DNA of 64,000 nucleotides from the NCBI GenBank assembly GCA_963575745.1, contig CAUYUJ010000309.1, positions 1-64,000 of the forward strand. The letters run 5' to 3'. A program made the position numbers and the translations under genes. Positions 23,121 through 38,230 of the stretch are shown here, piece after piece. A model generated the notes under the pieces. The model saw only the letters and a list, made by a program, of their open reading frames with translations. It was not told the DNA's origin and ran no database searches. The DNA is from Prorocentrum cordatum (taxonomy: Eukaryota). Every line of letters begins with the position of its first letter. Within the stretch, counting starts at the first letter, position 1.

Positions 23121-24264
23121 AATGCCCCCCGGGGCCGAAAATAGCGAAAAACCTCCCGTCCGGATTTTTGTCTCCGACGCGAGCACGCCTGTGCCTCGAC
23201 CCTCCACGGCTCGTGCGCGCCGCCAGCGGAGGGCCGCCCCCCCCCTGCGGGGCCTCGCCGGCGCCGTGCGCAGGCGCTGCCGGCCCCCCGCGCGCACGAG
23301 GGCCGAGAGCCGCGGCGCGTCGAGGGCGGCGGCGCCGCCGGGGGGCAGGAGCTCGGAGACCTGGGCGCGGGCCCCTGCTTCTCAGGAGGAGGGGAGGAGG
23401 ACTTTGAGGGGGAGGAGGAGGAGGGGAGGAGGAGGGGGAGGGGGAGGGAGGAGGAGGCGGAGGAGGAGGAGGGGGAGGAGGAGGAGAGGAGGAGGAGGAG
23501 GAGGAGGAGGAGGAGGAGGAGGGAGGAGGAGGAGGAGGAGGAGGAGGAGGAGGGGGAGGAGGGGGAGGAGGAGGAGGAGGAGCGAGGAGCGAGGAGGAGG
23601 AGGAGGAGGAGGAGGAGGAGGAGGAAGGGCTGTGCTGTTCGGGGGTAAACGGAATTTAACGGGACTGTGCCGGATAAGGCCAGCTTCTGACCACGGACAT
23701 ACCAGCGCCGATGCTGAATCGAACCTCCAAGGAGGTGCGTCCTAATCTGTACACCGAATTGCTTCGCCGCGTTCATTTGCTCATTCGATGTGGTGGAGAC
23801 TGGTTGCATGAAAGTCGGCCCGCACCAAAAAACACGCACACGACTGCCTATGTTGGACAAAAGTTGCCAGCTCTCGATCGCTATATTGTTGATTATGAGC
23901 CACGCCTACATCGCAGAGCGGGGGGGGCTGGGCAAGGGCAGGCCACTCCTTGCTGGAAACCTTGCCCTAATTTGTGGTCGCCGCGATCGCCTCGGCGACC
24001 TCCAAAACCGACCCGGAGGTTCGGATCGGGGCCGGACATAAAGCAACGGTATACATCGAGCCCATCCGACCCCGGCCCACCCACCAGGACTCGGTGCCGA
24101 GTCGGGGCAGAATTGGGCGGCGCGCTCATGCTGCCGCCCGCGCCACCACGCGCCCGAAGACGGAAGCGACCGCCCACTCCCCCTCCCCGAGGCCAGTCGG
24201 AAGTACTGGCCAGGCGTTTCGCCTGAGAACTCCTTACCCTGTATTATCTTTAGGCTTAGAAATT

Positions 24265-24987
24265 GCCACAGCTTCACGAATGGAGGGCGGGTGGTTTTCA
24301 AAAAAATGCTCTCGCCTCAGCGCCGCGCATACTCGTCTTATAAATGCAAGAGCTTCCCGGATTGAGGACAAGTCGTTTTTGAACTGTGGCTCTCGCCTCA
24401 CCGCCGCGCACATTCCTCTTACTCTGCAACAGCTTCACGGATGGAAGGCGGGTCAACTTCAAATTGTGGCTCTTGCTTAAGTGCCGCGCACATTCGTCAT
24501 CAATAACTGTCAGAGCTTTACAGATGGAAGGCGGCTCACTTTCAAAATGTGGTTCTCGCCTTAGCGCCGCGCGCAGTCGTCATTACAAATGATACGAGCT
24601 TCATGGATGGACGGCGGCTCCTTTCCAAAAAGATGGCTCTCGCTTTAGCGACGGGCACATTCGGTTTAAGAACTTACAGCAGCTTAAGTCCCAGAAACTG
24701 CGTTTTGGCGGGATGTCGGACTGTCAGGGCGAAACAATTACGTTGACCCGCGGTATTGAAGTCCCCGCAATGGTGTTCTGGCACGGTTCAAATATCGTCA
24801 AACGGTGATTCGCGGCGTCGAATCCCAGGAACGGTGTTTTGGCACAGTTCAGGAATTTCAAAAGGTTGTTTTCCAACGGGGCACTTCCTCCAGAGAAACT
24901 GAATCCGTGTATATGGCCTATGAAGAGGGAGCTTGGAGGGAGGGCTTATTGCAACATCATTGATGGGTCTTGGGTTTACACTGGTCC
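24265..24987 (+). repeat. Family F unit: ~82-bp array (x5) + core + terminus ending TGGTCC before (CCT)n
   Basis: GCTTCAC..ATGGA anchors at about 24271, 24352, 24432, 24515 and 24598. Core shared with 25547-25761. Confidence 0.8.
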
Positions 24988-25164
24988 TCCTCCTCCTCCT
25001 CCTCCCCCTCTCCTTCCCCTCCTCCTCCTCTTCCTCATCCTTCTCCACCCCCTTTCCTTATAAATAACGCCTCCCTGTCGCACCCCGAGACGTGTCAGTA
25101 GGGCGGGCCGAGCGTTTCGTCTGGGATTTCCTCACCATTTGTCACTTTTGAACTCAAAATGTAC

Positions 25165-25761
25165 AACAGGTTCACGGGCGGAAGGCAATACATGTTCAAA
25201 ATGTGGCTCTGGCCTGAGCGCCGCGCACATTCGCCTTAACAGTTTGCAACTGCTCACGGATGGAGGGGGGTCGGTTTTTTCTGGGGGGAGCTTTCTCTTC
25301 AGCACCGCGCACATTCGTCATCAAAAACTGTGACAGGTTTACGGATGGGGGGCGTTACCTTTTCAAAATGTGCCTCGCCTTAGCACCGCGCACACTCGTC
25401 TGCAAAGCTTGAAACAGTGAAGCGGATGGAGGACGGCGACTCTTCAACATGTGGTTCTCGCCTCAGCGCCGCGCACAGTCGCCACAAAAGTTTGGAACAG
25501 TTTCGGGTATTCTTATGGCTGACGTCCACGAAGTCCTGTGTTGGCACGATGTTGGACTGTCAGGGCGCACCAGTGACGTTGATTCGCGGCGCTGAAATCT
25601 CAGGAATGGTGTTTTGGCACAGATCCAGATTTCCAGACGGTTGTCTTCCAACAGAGCATGTTCCTCAGTGAGGCGCCTTCCGTGTACAGACCTATGCAGG
25701 GAAAACTTAGACGGAGGTATGGTTGCAACATCGTGGATGAGTATTGGGTTTACCTTGGTCC
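25165..25761 (+). repeat. Family F unit, second tandem copy, ending before (CAT)n
   Basis: Same 82-bp array and core, ending TTGGGTTTACCTTGGTCC. Confidence 0.8.
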
Positions 25762-26460
<699 letters not shown>

Positions 26461-26465
26461 CGAGC

Positions 26466-26534
26466 CTCCCGGATCGAGGATCCGTGCTCGAGTATTTCTT
26501 CGGCCCCTGAGGGCGTCTGGAGGCCTCCTGGGAC
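26466..26534 (-). CDS. Candidate exon (VPGGLQTPSGAEEILEHGSSIRE)
   Basis: CCCCGCAG|G acceptor and GAG|GC donor; 69 nt, phase 0-0; unique island between microsatellites. Confidence 0.4.
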
Positions 26535-27429
26535 CTGCGGGGCTCGGAGGCCTGGGCCCCAGGGGGGCGGGGCCGCCAGGACGAGGGGAGGAGGAGGAGG
26601 GGGAGGAGGAGGAGGGGGAGGAGGAGGAGGAGGAGGAGGGGGAGGAGGAGGAGGAGGAGGAGGAGGAGGAGGAGGAGGAGGAGGAGGAGGAGGAGGAGAG
26701 GAAGGAGGAGGAGGAGGAGGAGGAGGAGGAGGAGGAAGAACCGCGAGGTGCAACTGCTTCGCAGCATTCGGCGTCCGAGGTGAATCATATTCAAGCCCGG
26801 GGGGGCCATCACAGAGCGGCTCGGAATACAAAAGGCGAGGCCCCCCAGGGACGGGGTCAAGCAATCGGGGCCTCCGCGTGGACGAAATCGCGACGCAAAA
26901 TGTCTGGGAGCTCTGCTCCAACGGAGCATGGAGGACGAGGTCGGCGGCATGAGATGTCAGCGGCGGCGCGCGGCACCACGCTTGCTGGGCAGGGAAGAGC
27001 ACAGGGGTCTGAAAGCAGCCGTCCGCGCGCAGCGGGTCTGCCTTGCCCCAAGCCTTCCACCCCTCTCAATAGACAGGGGACAGTCCGTGTAACGTCCAAG
27101 GTGGGGGCATCGCGGAAGCGCATGCGAGAAGAGATGGTTCGTGCCCGTAGCTCCTACTAGCTCAGACATTGAGGTTTAGGCCGGAGAGAAAGGGAGAGAA
27201 GGCCGCAGATATATAATCCTCAGCTTCTGCAGCAGATCGGAGACAACTGATGCAGACAACCGCCATCTTGGTTGACATTCGATTCGGAGGGAGGGGCGGA
27301 GGAAGAGAGAGGAAGGGGGCAACCAACACCGCTGTTCTGTCCCCTCGCGGCACCTCTGGAGATGGAGCGCAGCAGAGGTCACCCCAGGCGAGGGGAAAAC
27401 ATCCTCATCCTCCTCCCCCTCCCCCCCCA

Positions 27430-28240
<811 letters not shown>

Positions 28241-29199
28241 ACCCTTCCTCTCCCCTCCCTCTCACTCTCCCTCCCTGACTCCATCTCTTGGGGGGGACAG
28301 GGCCCCCATAAGAGAAAGGGCAGTGGAGAACAGCAGAAGGAGCAGACCTGGATGAGGTTGAAGCCGATCAAGAATCTCGGCATGAAGGCCACGACTGAGG
28401 GGGCTCGCTGAGGAAAGGCGGCTTGATCCAGAATGGCTGCCGATGGTGAGGATCAGGGAAGGACGGAGGGAGGGGGGGGAGGAGGAGGAGGAGGAGGAGA
28501 AAGTGATGCTGGTCGAGGAGGAGAGGGGGGTTCTAACAGCCATCTGAAGGTAAGACTAAAGATGTCCCTGCTTCGTCTCGAACGCGGTAGGCTTGACGTG
28601 CCATGGATTCCGTTATGGGTGCCCCTGATTTGTGTGGCCAAAGGTTGCCCAAAGGTTGCGATATGGGCGGCACTGATTTTGCGTGGTCTCAAATTCCGTT
28701 CAACGGGACTCACTAGAGCGCGCGAGCGGATTGCCTCTGCCGCGCTGCGACGTGTAAAGTTCCGTTCAACGGCTCTGCAAGTGCCGCTAATTGTTCGTTG
28801 CTATGGGATGCGACCATGGGTTGCGCTATGAGTTCCTGCCATGGGTTGCGCCATTGGTGCCGCTGGTTGTTGGTGGCCCTGATTCGATTGCCACGGACTG
28901 CCTCTGAGATGTCGGAAAGTACTCGTGGCCACATGTTGAGCACATGGGTTACGTCATGGTTCGCCTCTGCGGTGCCGAGAACTATTCACGATCGCAAGTG
29001 TCGCCCATGCGGCATGCCATGGATTGCCTCTGAGGTATCGAAGACTATTCGCGACCAAAGGCTGCACCCATGAATCACCCATGAGTTGCGCAATGACTTG
29101 CCGCTGGGGTGCCCGAGACTTCTTGGTGGCCATAGGTTGCGCCCATCACTTCCTGTCAGCTGCATTACACTGCTTACGGGCTATTTCGCCTCGAATTGC

Positions 29200-29600
29200 G
29201 TTGCATTGCTTTGTATGTCGCTGCATTGATGTGTGCCGATGTGCATTACTATGCAATGCGTTGAACTGATTTGCATGATTTGCCTTGCATTGCATGTATT
29301 GGTTTGCACTGCCGTGCATTGCTTTGCACTGTCTTGCCTTGCCTCTTGCATTGCATTGCATTGCATTGCATTGCATTGCATTGCATTGCATTGCGTTGCG
29401 TTGCATTGCATTGCATTGCATTGCATTGCATTGCATTGCATTGCATTGCATTGCATTGCATTGCATTGCATTGCATTGCATTGCATTGCATTGCATTGCA
29501 CTACATTGCATTGCATTGCATTGCTTGTAGTGCCTTGCATTGCTTTGCTTTGCACTGCTTTGCATTGCGCTGCTTTGCAACGCCTTGCATTGCCTGGCAC
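29200..29600. repeat. (TGCAT)n pentanucleotide satellite
   Basis: Pure core at 29346-29522 with degenerate flanks. Confidence 0.95.
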
Positions 29601-30107
29601 CTCGTGCAGTGGTTCGCGCTGCATCGCTTTGAATCTCGCTGCACCTCACAGACTGCATGGATTCCCTGCTTGCGATCTGTGCCTGCATCGTGTCGTCTCG
29701 ATCGGCAAAGGCCACCTGCAATCAAACGGGATACTCTGGAGCTGCACAGTCCTGCGCGGACAGGGGGGGGAGAGGAGGGGGAGGGAGGAGGGGGGGAGGG
29801 GGGAGAAGCAGGCCCCTCGAGATCCCCGGAGGCCTCGAGGCCCCCGGAGGCCCAGGGAAAAGTGCAAGAGCAAGACTTCGGTCCTCGATGTTCGTCTCCT
29901 CCTCCACACTCTCCTGGTCCCGACCACCAGCTGCTCGAAACCAATCCCTGGACCTCCCTTCCTGGAATCTCGAAACGCCCCCGCAGGTCCCCCGAGGCCC
30001 CCGAAGGCGCCCCCCGAGGCCCTAAGAGAGCCAGCAGCGCCCGAAAGCCTCGAGGATCTCCCGCTTCCTCCGCCTTCGCCGCGAGATCCCTCGCCGTCTC
30101 GCCGTCT

Positions 30108-30265
30108 CCCCAGACGGGCGACGTCCTGATCTTCCAATACGTGGTCCCCGGAAGTCCCAGCCCATGCCCCAGGGCCGGTTTTTCCATCCCGAGTCGTTTC
30201 TTGAAGGTCCCGGGGCCCAGCGAGGGCCCCGGGAGGCCGAAAACGCCCAAACACCGTGCGTCATG
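30108..30265 (+). repeat. Family B copy
   Basis: See 22889-23020; a more diverged copy lies at 31495-31620. Confidence 0.75.
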
Positions 30266-32849
30266 ACTTTTCCACGGCGCGGGCGTGTCTGGGTCCAGCC
30301 CCCTCGCCTCCCCTGGACCCCCTCGTCTCCCCAGGTCCCCCCCCCCTCGCCTCCCGCGGTACTCTCGCCTTTCCGTCCCCGTCGTGCTCAGGCTCATGGG
30401 AGCCTCCCATACCAGCTTGTCGGCTCTTGCGAATCGACGCTAATCGACGCTAAATCCACGCTCATCGACGCTAAATCCACGCTGACTGGCGCTAAGCGAC
30501 GCGACATCGGCGCTTTCTCATCGACTCCCCCAGACGCTACAATCGACGCTATAGCCGACGCTGAAAGCAAAAGTGCGAGGGCACACCAGGCTCCCATGAG
30601 CTGCTGCCGAAGCATGCTCCTCGCGTACCCGCCGGCCGGAAGAGAAGGGGCAGAGGCATGAAGTGGGAAGGCGTTGGAAGTCCTCGGGGGTCCTCGGGAG
30701 CGAATCAACGGGGGGCGCTGCATGGATGAGGGGAAGAAAAATGCACTTCTCGGGCCCTGGAGACCTCCTGTTGGAGCCGCACGGGCCCCTTCCGGGGCCC
30801 GAAAGGGCCACTTTTCGGCGGCCCTCGCTACCCCCCCAAGTATCGCCCCCCCCAGTACACGCGGGTCGGAAGAAGTGGGTAGAACCATGAAGTAGGAAGG
30901 CGTTGGAGATAGATTGGACTTCCGCCCGCCCCCTGAAGAGGAGGAAAGAAGGAAAACCGCTCGACTCTTGAAGTAGGAAGGCGCCTGAAGTAGATTAGGA
31001 TTCGGGCATCCAAAAATACCTACTTTCAACGACCGGCGCGTACCCTGCAAGCCCTCCCAAAAACCTTCTGCGGCGCGGCTTCTTCCACGCGGGCGCGCCC
31101 CTGGAGGCGCGGGCCCTCTCCCCTGGGAGAGTTCCGAGGCACCGCGCGGCGACGGACCGCGCGGGGACCTTGCAGTCCGGGAGGACCTCACCGCGCGGCC
31201 CGTCACCGCACGAGTTTGGGACCTCGGAGGCCCCAAAATGGCAACTATGGCAAGGGAACGCCAGTATTGGGCGTCACGCGGCACGTAATTTTTGCACGCA
31301 TATAGCAATGTGATTGCAGTTTGCACATTGCTGCCAACGCACCTTTGACGTGCATGGCGCTCTCTCTCTCTCTCTCTCTCTCTCAGAGGCCCCAGTCGCC
31401 CGAGACTTCCTCGGAGAACAACCCGAGGATCAAAGCCGTGCGGTGACCCCGAATCCCCAACGACTCACGACGCGGCGTGGTCACCACACCGTTTAGAGGG
31501 CCCCCGACTTTCCCCCAGAGTCGGATTTTCATCCCCCTGGTCGTTTTGTTGACGGCCCCCGGGCCCGGCAGGGGCCCTCGGAGGCCAAGAACGGCCAAGA
31601 ACCTCCCGTGGTGATCTTTGTTCGCACCGAAAAGACGCTTGGGCTCCCATCCCTTCTGATCTAGACGCATCACGCCAAAACCGGTTGGAGCCTTTCACAG
31701 ACCCTGGGATGTTTGATGTTGGCGGCAGCCAAAACCGTGTTCGTCTCCCCTTGTCCTTCCGTGCACCCGGGCTTAGGTAGGGAGGGCCCGGGGCATGGAT
31801 TTCCATGATGGCTTCTTGCGCACAGGGCGGGGCAATGCTCCCTCCCGTACCCTTCTGCATGCACAAAGCCAGCAGCCAACCGGACCATGAAGAACCCGGA
31901 AGGGACGAAAGGTTAGCCCGATGCTGACAGATAAGAATTGTTTCGGCGTACTTTCATCGCCCGGTTTGATTGTTTAGAGTCTAGAGGAGCAAAAAAGGAA
32001 TCAACATAAGCGTTCGGAGCTCCGCGCGAATCTCTTGGATCGGCGCTGGAGGCGCCGCCAGGGGTCTCCTGCTCCTGCGGGGCCTTGCCCTTCGATTGTC
32101 AACCACTGCATCGGCATGCTTGGATCTTCCAGGGAAACCAAAAGATACCAATACAGTCACTCCCCAGACCTCCCCTGGGGTGCATGCTGACCAGAATTTC
32201 GCGGCGAATCCAGCCGTAGCGACGAGTGCCTCCAGTGCAGTGCAGGTCCGATCGCGCGCGGAGGCCGCACGCGCCCCACAAGTGGAAACGGCGATGGAAA
32301 ACATGCAATGAGACACACCCCTCTGAAACATGAAAATTGCAGGCAGGCTACTGCGAGGTCATGAAGTCCACAAAATCGCCCTCGAAACATGCTGAGTCGA
32401 ACACTCGAGTGCCTCCAGGAGGCCAAGAAACAAACGAAACGAGTCCAATGCAGCGATATCGGCACCTTCTCCTGCTTCCTCACTTGATCTCGTCCGGCTT
32501 GCTTGGAGCGGGGCAGGCGGGGGCGGGGGCGCGCTGCGATCGCCACAGCAGGCGCGCAAGCACCAGGCTGTGGGGCAGGGGGTCCAGGCCCCCCCACGTA
32601 CTCCAAATCCCTTATTAATCGACCCCCCACCCAAAAAAACGAACCCCCCTCCAAATGCGACCTAATCAGAGTGAGGGGACCGAACGGTCATTCATTGTCC
32701 ATGGGTGCGTGGCTGATAGAGAACTCGTGGTGAGAATTCTGCTCGTTGCGTTGTTGCTGTTGTTGTTGCTGCTGCTGTTGTTGGTGCTGCTGCTGTTGTT
32801 GTTGTTGTTGTTGCTGCTCCTGTTGTTGTTGCTGTTGTTCGTCGTCGTC

Positions 32850-33360
32850 CCACCCGCGACCCACACGCGACCCACCCCGCGACCCACCCCGCGACCCACC
32901 CCGCGACCCACCCCGCGACCAACCCGCGACCCAACCCCAACCCAACCGCGACCCACCCTGCGACCCACCCGCGACCCACCCGCGACCTACCCGCGACCCA
33001 CCCCGTGACCCACCCGCGACCCACCTCGCGACTCAACCACGACCTACCCGCGATCCACTCGCGACCCATCCCGCGACCCACCCGCGACCTACCCCGCGAG
33101 CCACCCTCAAGGGAGGAAAAACCACCGGACCCGACAATTGACGTTTACTAAAACGGCCCTGGGCGTTGACTAAACAGCCCTGCCCTGTTCGATTCATTCC
33201 TTGTGTGCGTTTACTAAACGGCTTCGCTTGTCATGGGGTGGATTTTCTGCCCTCTACACCCGCGACCCACCCGCGACCCACCCGCGACCCAACAGCGACC
33301 CACCCGCGACCCACCCGCGACCCAACAGCGACCCACCCGCGACCCACCCGCGACCTACCC
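32850..33360. repeat. CCCACCCGCGA 11-12-bp tandem arrays (two blocks)
   Basis: Blocks at 32850-33105 and 33258-33360. Confidence 0.9.
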
Positions 33361-33705
33361 ACATTGGTTTAACGAAAAAATCGGCGCCTGCGGCGGGCTC
33401 GTTGTATAATTAAGAAAATCTTGGCGCCTGCGGCGGGCTTCTCCAGAGTCTCGCAAACTGCCGACGTCTCCACCGCCCCCTCACTCTTATCCGCATCTGC
33501 GGGGTGCTACGTATTCCGGACCTCCCTCTTCGACGGGGCGCCTTAAGAGACTGGACCCCCTAAGCTTCGATCCAAAGAGAGCGCCCTAATTAACTAGACC
33601 CCCCCAGTTACAAAAAAGGCGCCCTAAAAAACCAGACCTGGGGGAGGATGAATTAGAGATTTGGAGTACAATCGTTAACGTTATCCAGGGAGGTTAGGCG
33701 CCGTA

Positions 33706-33881
33706 TAGCAGGGGCCGACCACAAGAAGCCTTCCACAAGAAACCCAACCCTGAGACCCCAGGACGGCCATCGATGTTTGGTGTGGGAACGGCACGCCTCC
33801 CTTGGCAAAACCATCGAAACCCAAGAAACCCAGGGCACCCTGGGGGGCAAGCAGAGTGCTTCCTGGCATGGGTTTCCACTG
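33706..33881. mobile_element. Tc1/mariner-type MITE, intact (empty-site) copy
   Basis: Contains uninterrupted GGCAAAACCATCGAAACCC; aligns with 46061-46236. Confidence 0.85.
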
Positions 33882-33931
33882 CAGGAGAAAACGAACAACA
33901 ACAAGAACTGAAGGGGAACTGGGACACACAA

Positions 33932-34072
33932 ATAAATACACACAAATAAAATGATCCCCCATATTTTCCCATATTTTCTGGGTTTTTGTCTTCCCCCCCA
34001 CTTCCTATATTTTCCCAAATGTTCTGGGAATCGCCGAGTAATTGTGTCTGTGTGTTTTTTCCCCTCCTGAAA
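33932..34072 (+). repeat. Family C copy
   Basis: Similar to 8451-8580. Confidence 0.85.
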
Positions 34073-34224
34073 AACTCCATGTCGAGCCTGCGCAGGCGCC
34101 AGAACTCTGCGCGGACCTCCGAGAGCTCGCGCTCGCGCCGCGTGTCCCTCCCCGGTCCTCGGCGAGAGCGCGGCAGGGGCGCCTCCGCGGGCAATTTTAA
34201 CGGCCGGCGCCGCTTTTTGTCGGG

Positions 34225-34453
34225 GGCGGGCGAGGGGGGGGGAAGTGAGAAGGAGAAGGCCTGCTCAGAAGGCGGCGGGAGGCCTCAGAGGCCCTCGGGG
34301 ACTCCTCAGCATCCCTCGGGCCTTCTGAAAAAAAACGTGTTCTCTGCGTCTTCGGGGGAGGCTCAGAAAAACACGCCTCTCAGCAGGCCTGAGGGCTTCC
34401 GAGCCTTCTGAGAAAGCCTTCTCCCTCTCACTTCCCCCCCAAGCTCGCCGCCG
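34225..34453. mobile_element. MITE-like element
   Basis: GGGGGGAAGTGAGAAGGAGAAGGC pairs with GCCTTCTCCCCTCTCACTTCCCCCC. A related diverged copy lies at about 6810-6990. Confidence 0.65.
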
Positions 34454-34514
34454 AGCTTGGCCTGGGTAACGACCGTTACGCGCCAGAAGATGTTCTTTAT
34501 TACTTATATAGTAT

Positions 34515-34552
<38 letters not shown>

Positions 34553-34581
34553 TTTAAAAGTTTCCTAGATACGAATGAAAG

Positions 34582-34905
<324 letters not shown>

Positions 34906-34910
34906 AACTC

Positions 34911-34994
34911 CCTGATCGTGGCCCTCTCGGCGGGCGCGGCGGCCTGCGCCATCGCATCCTTCGACCGGGACTCCGCCGTCGCGGCCCTCGCGTC
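34911..34994 (-). CDS. Candidate exon (DARAATAESRSKDAMAQAAAPAERATIR)
   Basis: CCCGAG|G acceptor; G|GA donor gives 84 nt (an earlier CAG|GC donor is possible); high GC3. Confidence 0.5.
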
Positions 34995-35399
34995 CTCGGG
35001 CGGCGGCGGCAGGGGTGGGGCGCGGGGTGGGGGGGGGGACGCGGGTCACTTCACAACCCGAACGGCACTTTACAACCGAGATGGGGCACTTAACAACCAG
35101 CATGGATGTTCCCAGAAGGGCACTTCACAACCAAGAAGGCCAGTTGACAACCCGGCAGGTAAACGCACCTTAGAGACAAACGCGCTGCGATGTCCATAAT
35201 CTCCGTGGAGCCAAGGAAGGGAAACACTCGCTATCTGAAGCGCGTTAGCTGTAGTGTGCCTCGTCTGAAGCAAGAATCTGCAAAGCAGCGGATGCCGAAT
35301 GAAATCCACTAAGAGTCCCTTCCGGCTGTGATCCTTTAGGCACCAGACGAACACATTGGAATCCAATCAAATTCGCTGCTCTGAGGGAAGGGATGAGCG

Positions 35400-35557
35400 T
35401 TAACTCCAGCGTGTCCCTCTACAGGAGGAATATTCAAAAATATTCCAAAAATAGTCTGGGGACGATTTCTCGAATATTTGTTAACCATTTTGGGGTTTTT
35501 TGGCTATCCTTTATTTTTCGTCCAAAATCCCCCTGTAGGAGGACAGACCCGACTTAA
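35400..35557. mobile_element. MITE with exact 8-bp TSD (hAT-like)
   Basis: TTAA...GTGTCCCTCTACAGG / CCTGTAGGAGGACAGACCCGACTTAA. GATGAGCG at 35392-35399 and 35558-35565. Confidence 0.9.
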
Positions 35558-36129
35558 GATGAGCGACGGCGGGGGGGAGGATACTGTGGAGGAGGAGGAC
35601 AGAGAAGGAGGAAGGAAGAGGAGGAGGGAATGAGAGGCCAAGGGCACGGAGGCAGAGAGAAGCTTGAGGCGGCGTGGTGTGGAAGGAGGCGGAGGAGGAG
35701 GAGGAGGAGAAGGAGGAGGAGGAGGAGGCGGGAGGGGAGGAGGAGGAGGAGGAGGAGGAGGAAGAGGAAGAGGAAGAGAAGGAGGAGGAAGAGGAGGAGG
35801 AGGAGGACAAGGAGGAGGGCGAGGAGGAAGAGGAGGAGGAGGAGAAGGGGAAGGAGGAGGAGGAGGAGGAGGAAGAGGGAGAGGAGGAGGAAGAGGAGGA
35901 AGATGAGGACGAGGAGGAGGCGGAGGGGGGGAGAGGAGGATAAAGCGAATGTGGGGAAGACATTGGGCCACGGGGGGTGAATCAAAACAGCGGGGGTGCG
36001 GATGCCAGAACGTGGCATGGCCATGGAAAGCAACAGAAAAAACTAATTTCGAACCACATGAGACAACACCAACAGGAATCGTCCGTAGGAGTGACCATCA
36101 CCCGAAAGCAACACACTATGCCAAAACGT

Positions 36130-36395
36130 AACAAACTGGACCCAAATGCAACAAGACCGAACGACGTGGACAACGTTTGACCCGAACCAAATGCAAAAAA
36201 AAACGAACGAAACGAAACAAACCCAAACCAAACGCAACAAGCCCGGACCAAACGCAACAAACCCGAACCAAACTCATCAAACCCGAACGAAGCCGAACGT
36301 AACAAACCCGAACCACACGTAACAAACTCAAACCAAACGCAACAAACCAAAACCAAGTCGAACGCAACAAACCCGAACCAACGCAACAAACTCGA
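36130..36395. repeat. About 20-bp degenerate array (AACGCAACAAACCCGAACCA)
   Basis: Visible directly. Confidence 0.85.
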
Positions 36396-36714
36396 GCAAA
36401 AGAAAAATCACGGTCCATCCGACTGTGGCACATGGGGCAGCGGTCTTCTTCCTCGTCCTCCTCGTCCTCCTCCTCCTCCTCCTCCTCCTCCACATCATCA
36501 TCACCACCACCACCACCACCATGGCCATCACCACCACAACCACCACCATCATCATCATCATCATCATCATCACCACAACCACCACCACCACCATGGCCAT
36601 CACCACCACCACCACCACCACCATCGTCATCATCATCAGCAGCAGCAGCATCAGCATCAGCATCAGCATCATCAGCATCATCCTCCTCCACCTTATCCTC
36701 CTCATCTCCCCAAG

Positions 36715-37550
36715 GGGGCACCTCGCGCGCGAGAGGACACAGAGGCGGCAGCGACGGACGGCCAGCGACCGACGGCAAAGTCAGACGACAATGGACCACG
36801 ACGACGACGACGACAACGATTGACGACGACGACGACGATGACAACGACGACGATCGACGACTGATGATTGACTACGACGACCATCACTGACGATGACTGA
36901 CGCCCTCCATTCTCCGTCTTGCCTATCAACCCTCATCCATCCGACTCCTGCTTCCACGGCCCTCCAGCTTCCGATGGCCCTCATCCCCCTCATCATTCTG
37001 ATTCAGAGTTTCTTCCATCAACGTCCTCGTCACCGTCATCCTCCTCATCCTTCATCCACATCCTCCTCCTCATCCTTGCCCTCCTCACCCTCCTCATCTC
37101 GATTGGGGGCGGCGCGCCAGCGAGAGGGCACGAATGCGGCAGCGACGGACGGCCAGCGACCGACGGCAAAGTGAGACGACGACGACGACGATGACTGCGA
37201 ATGACGACTCATGATTGGCTACGACGACCACTGACGACGACGACTGACGCCCTCCATTCTCCGTCTTGCCTCTCATCCCTCGTCTCCCCCCTCGCCCGTC
37301 ATCTATCCGACTCCTGCTCCCACGGCCCCGCAGCTTCCGACGGCCCTCATCCGCCTCATCCTCCTGATTCCCAGCCTCTTCCACCACTGTCCGCGTCATC
37401 AACGCCCTCCCCACCATCCATCCACATCCTCCTCTTCATCCTCGCCCTCCTCACCCTTTTCATCTCCGCCGGGGGCGGCGCGCGCGCGATAGGGCACGGA
37501 GGCGGCGGCGACGGACGGGCAGCGACCAACGACAAAATAAGACAACGACG
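36715..37550. repeat. Tandem repeat, about 370-390-bp period, a little over 2 copies
   Basis: GCGGC.GCGACGGACGG.CAGCGACC.ACG.CAAA at about 36745, 37136 and 37503. Confidence 0.8.
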
Positions 37551-37559
37551 AACGAGCTC

Positions 37560-38230
37560 ACAAGCCTCTGGAACCCGCTCAAACGCCACTCCGGAGCGCT
37601 GAGAAGCCTCTGGATCGCGCTTGGGCCATTTCTAGAAGACACTCAAAAACCTTTGGAAAGGCACCCAGAAGCGTCAGGAGGGCGTTCGGAAGCCTGTGGA
37701 GCGCGCCCAAAAGCCTCTGGAGCGCGCGCCCGGAAGCCCGTGCAGCGCGCCCAGACGCCTCTGGAGCGCGCCCAAAAGCCTCTGCAGCGCGCTCAGAAAC
37801 CTCTGGATCTCTCCCCGAAGCCTTTGGAGCGTGCTCAAGAGCCCCAGAAGCCTCCGAAGCTCGCTCAAGCGCTCAGAAGCCTCAGAATTCTCTAAAGAGC
37901 GCTGAAGCGCTCACAAGTTTAGAAGCCACTGCAGATCGCTGGGGTGTTCAGAAGCCTCAGAACGCCTCTGCAGAGCGCCGAAGCGCACACAAGCTTAAAA
38001 GAATTTGCACAGCGCTCTCGCGCTTTCAGTCTTAGGAGCCTCTGCAAAGCGCCCAAGCGCTCAGAAGCCTCAGAAGCCTTTGCAAAACGCTCAAGCGATC
38101 AGAAGCCTCTGCAGAGCGCTCAGAAACCCCAAATACCTCTGCAGAGCGTACAGGCGCAAACCTCTGCAGAACGCACAGGCACTCTGACACCTCAGAAGCC
38201 ACTGCAAAACGTTCAGAGGTTTCTGAACGT
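37560..38230. repeat. Degenerate ~21-bp array (AGAAGCCTCTG.AG.GCGC)
   Basis: Visible directly. Confidence 0.8.

Noticed and set aside
23711..23910. LYTELLRRVHLLIRCGGDWL resembling a Tc1/mariner transposase C-terminus
   Set aside because: Too short, with no DDE/D motifs or TIR nearby; not supportable by eye.
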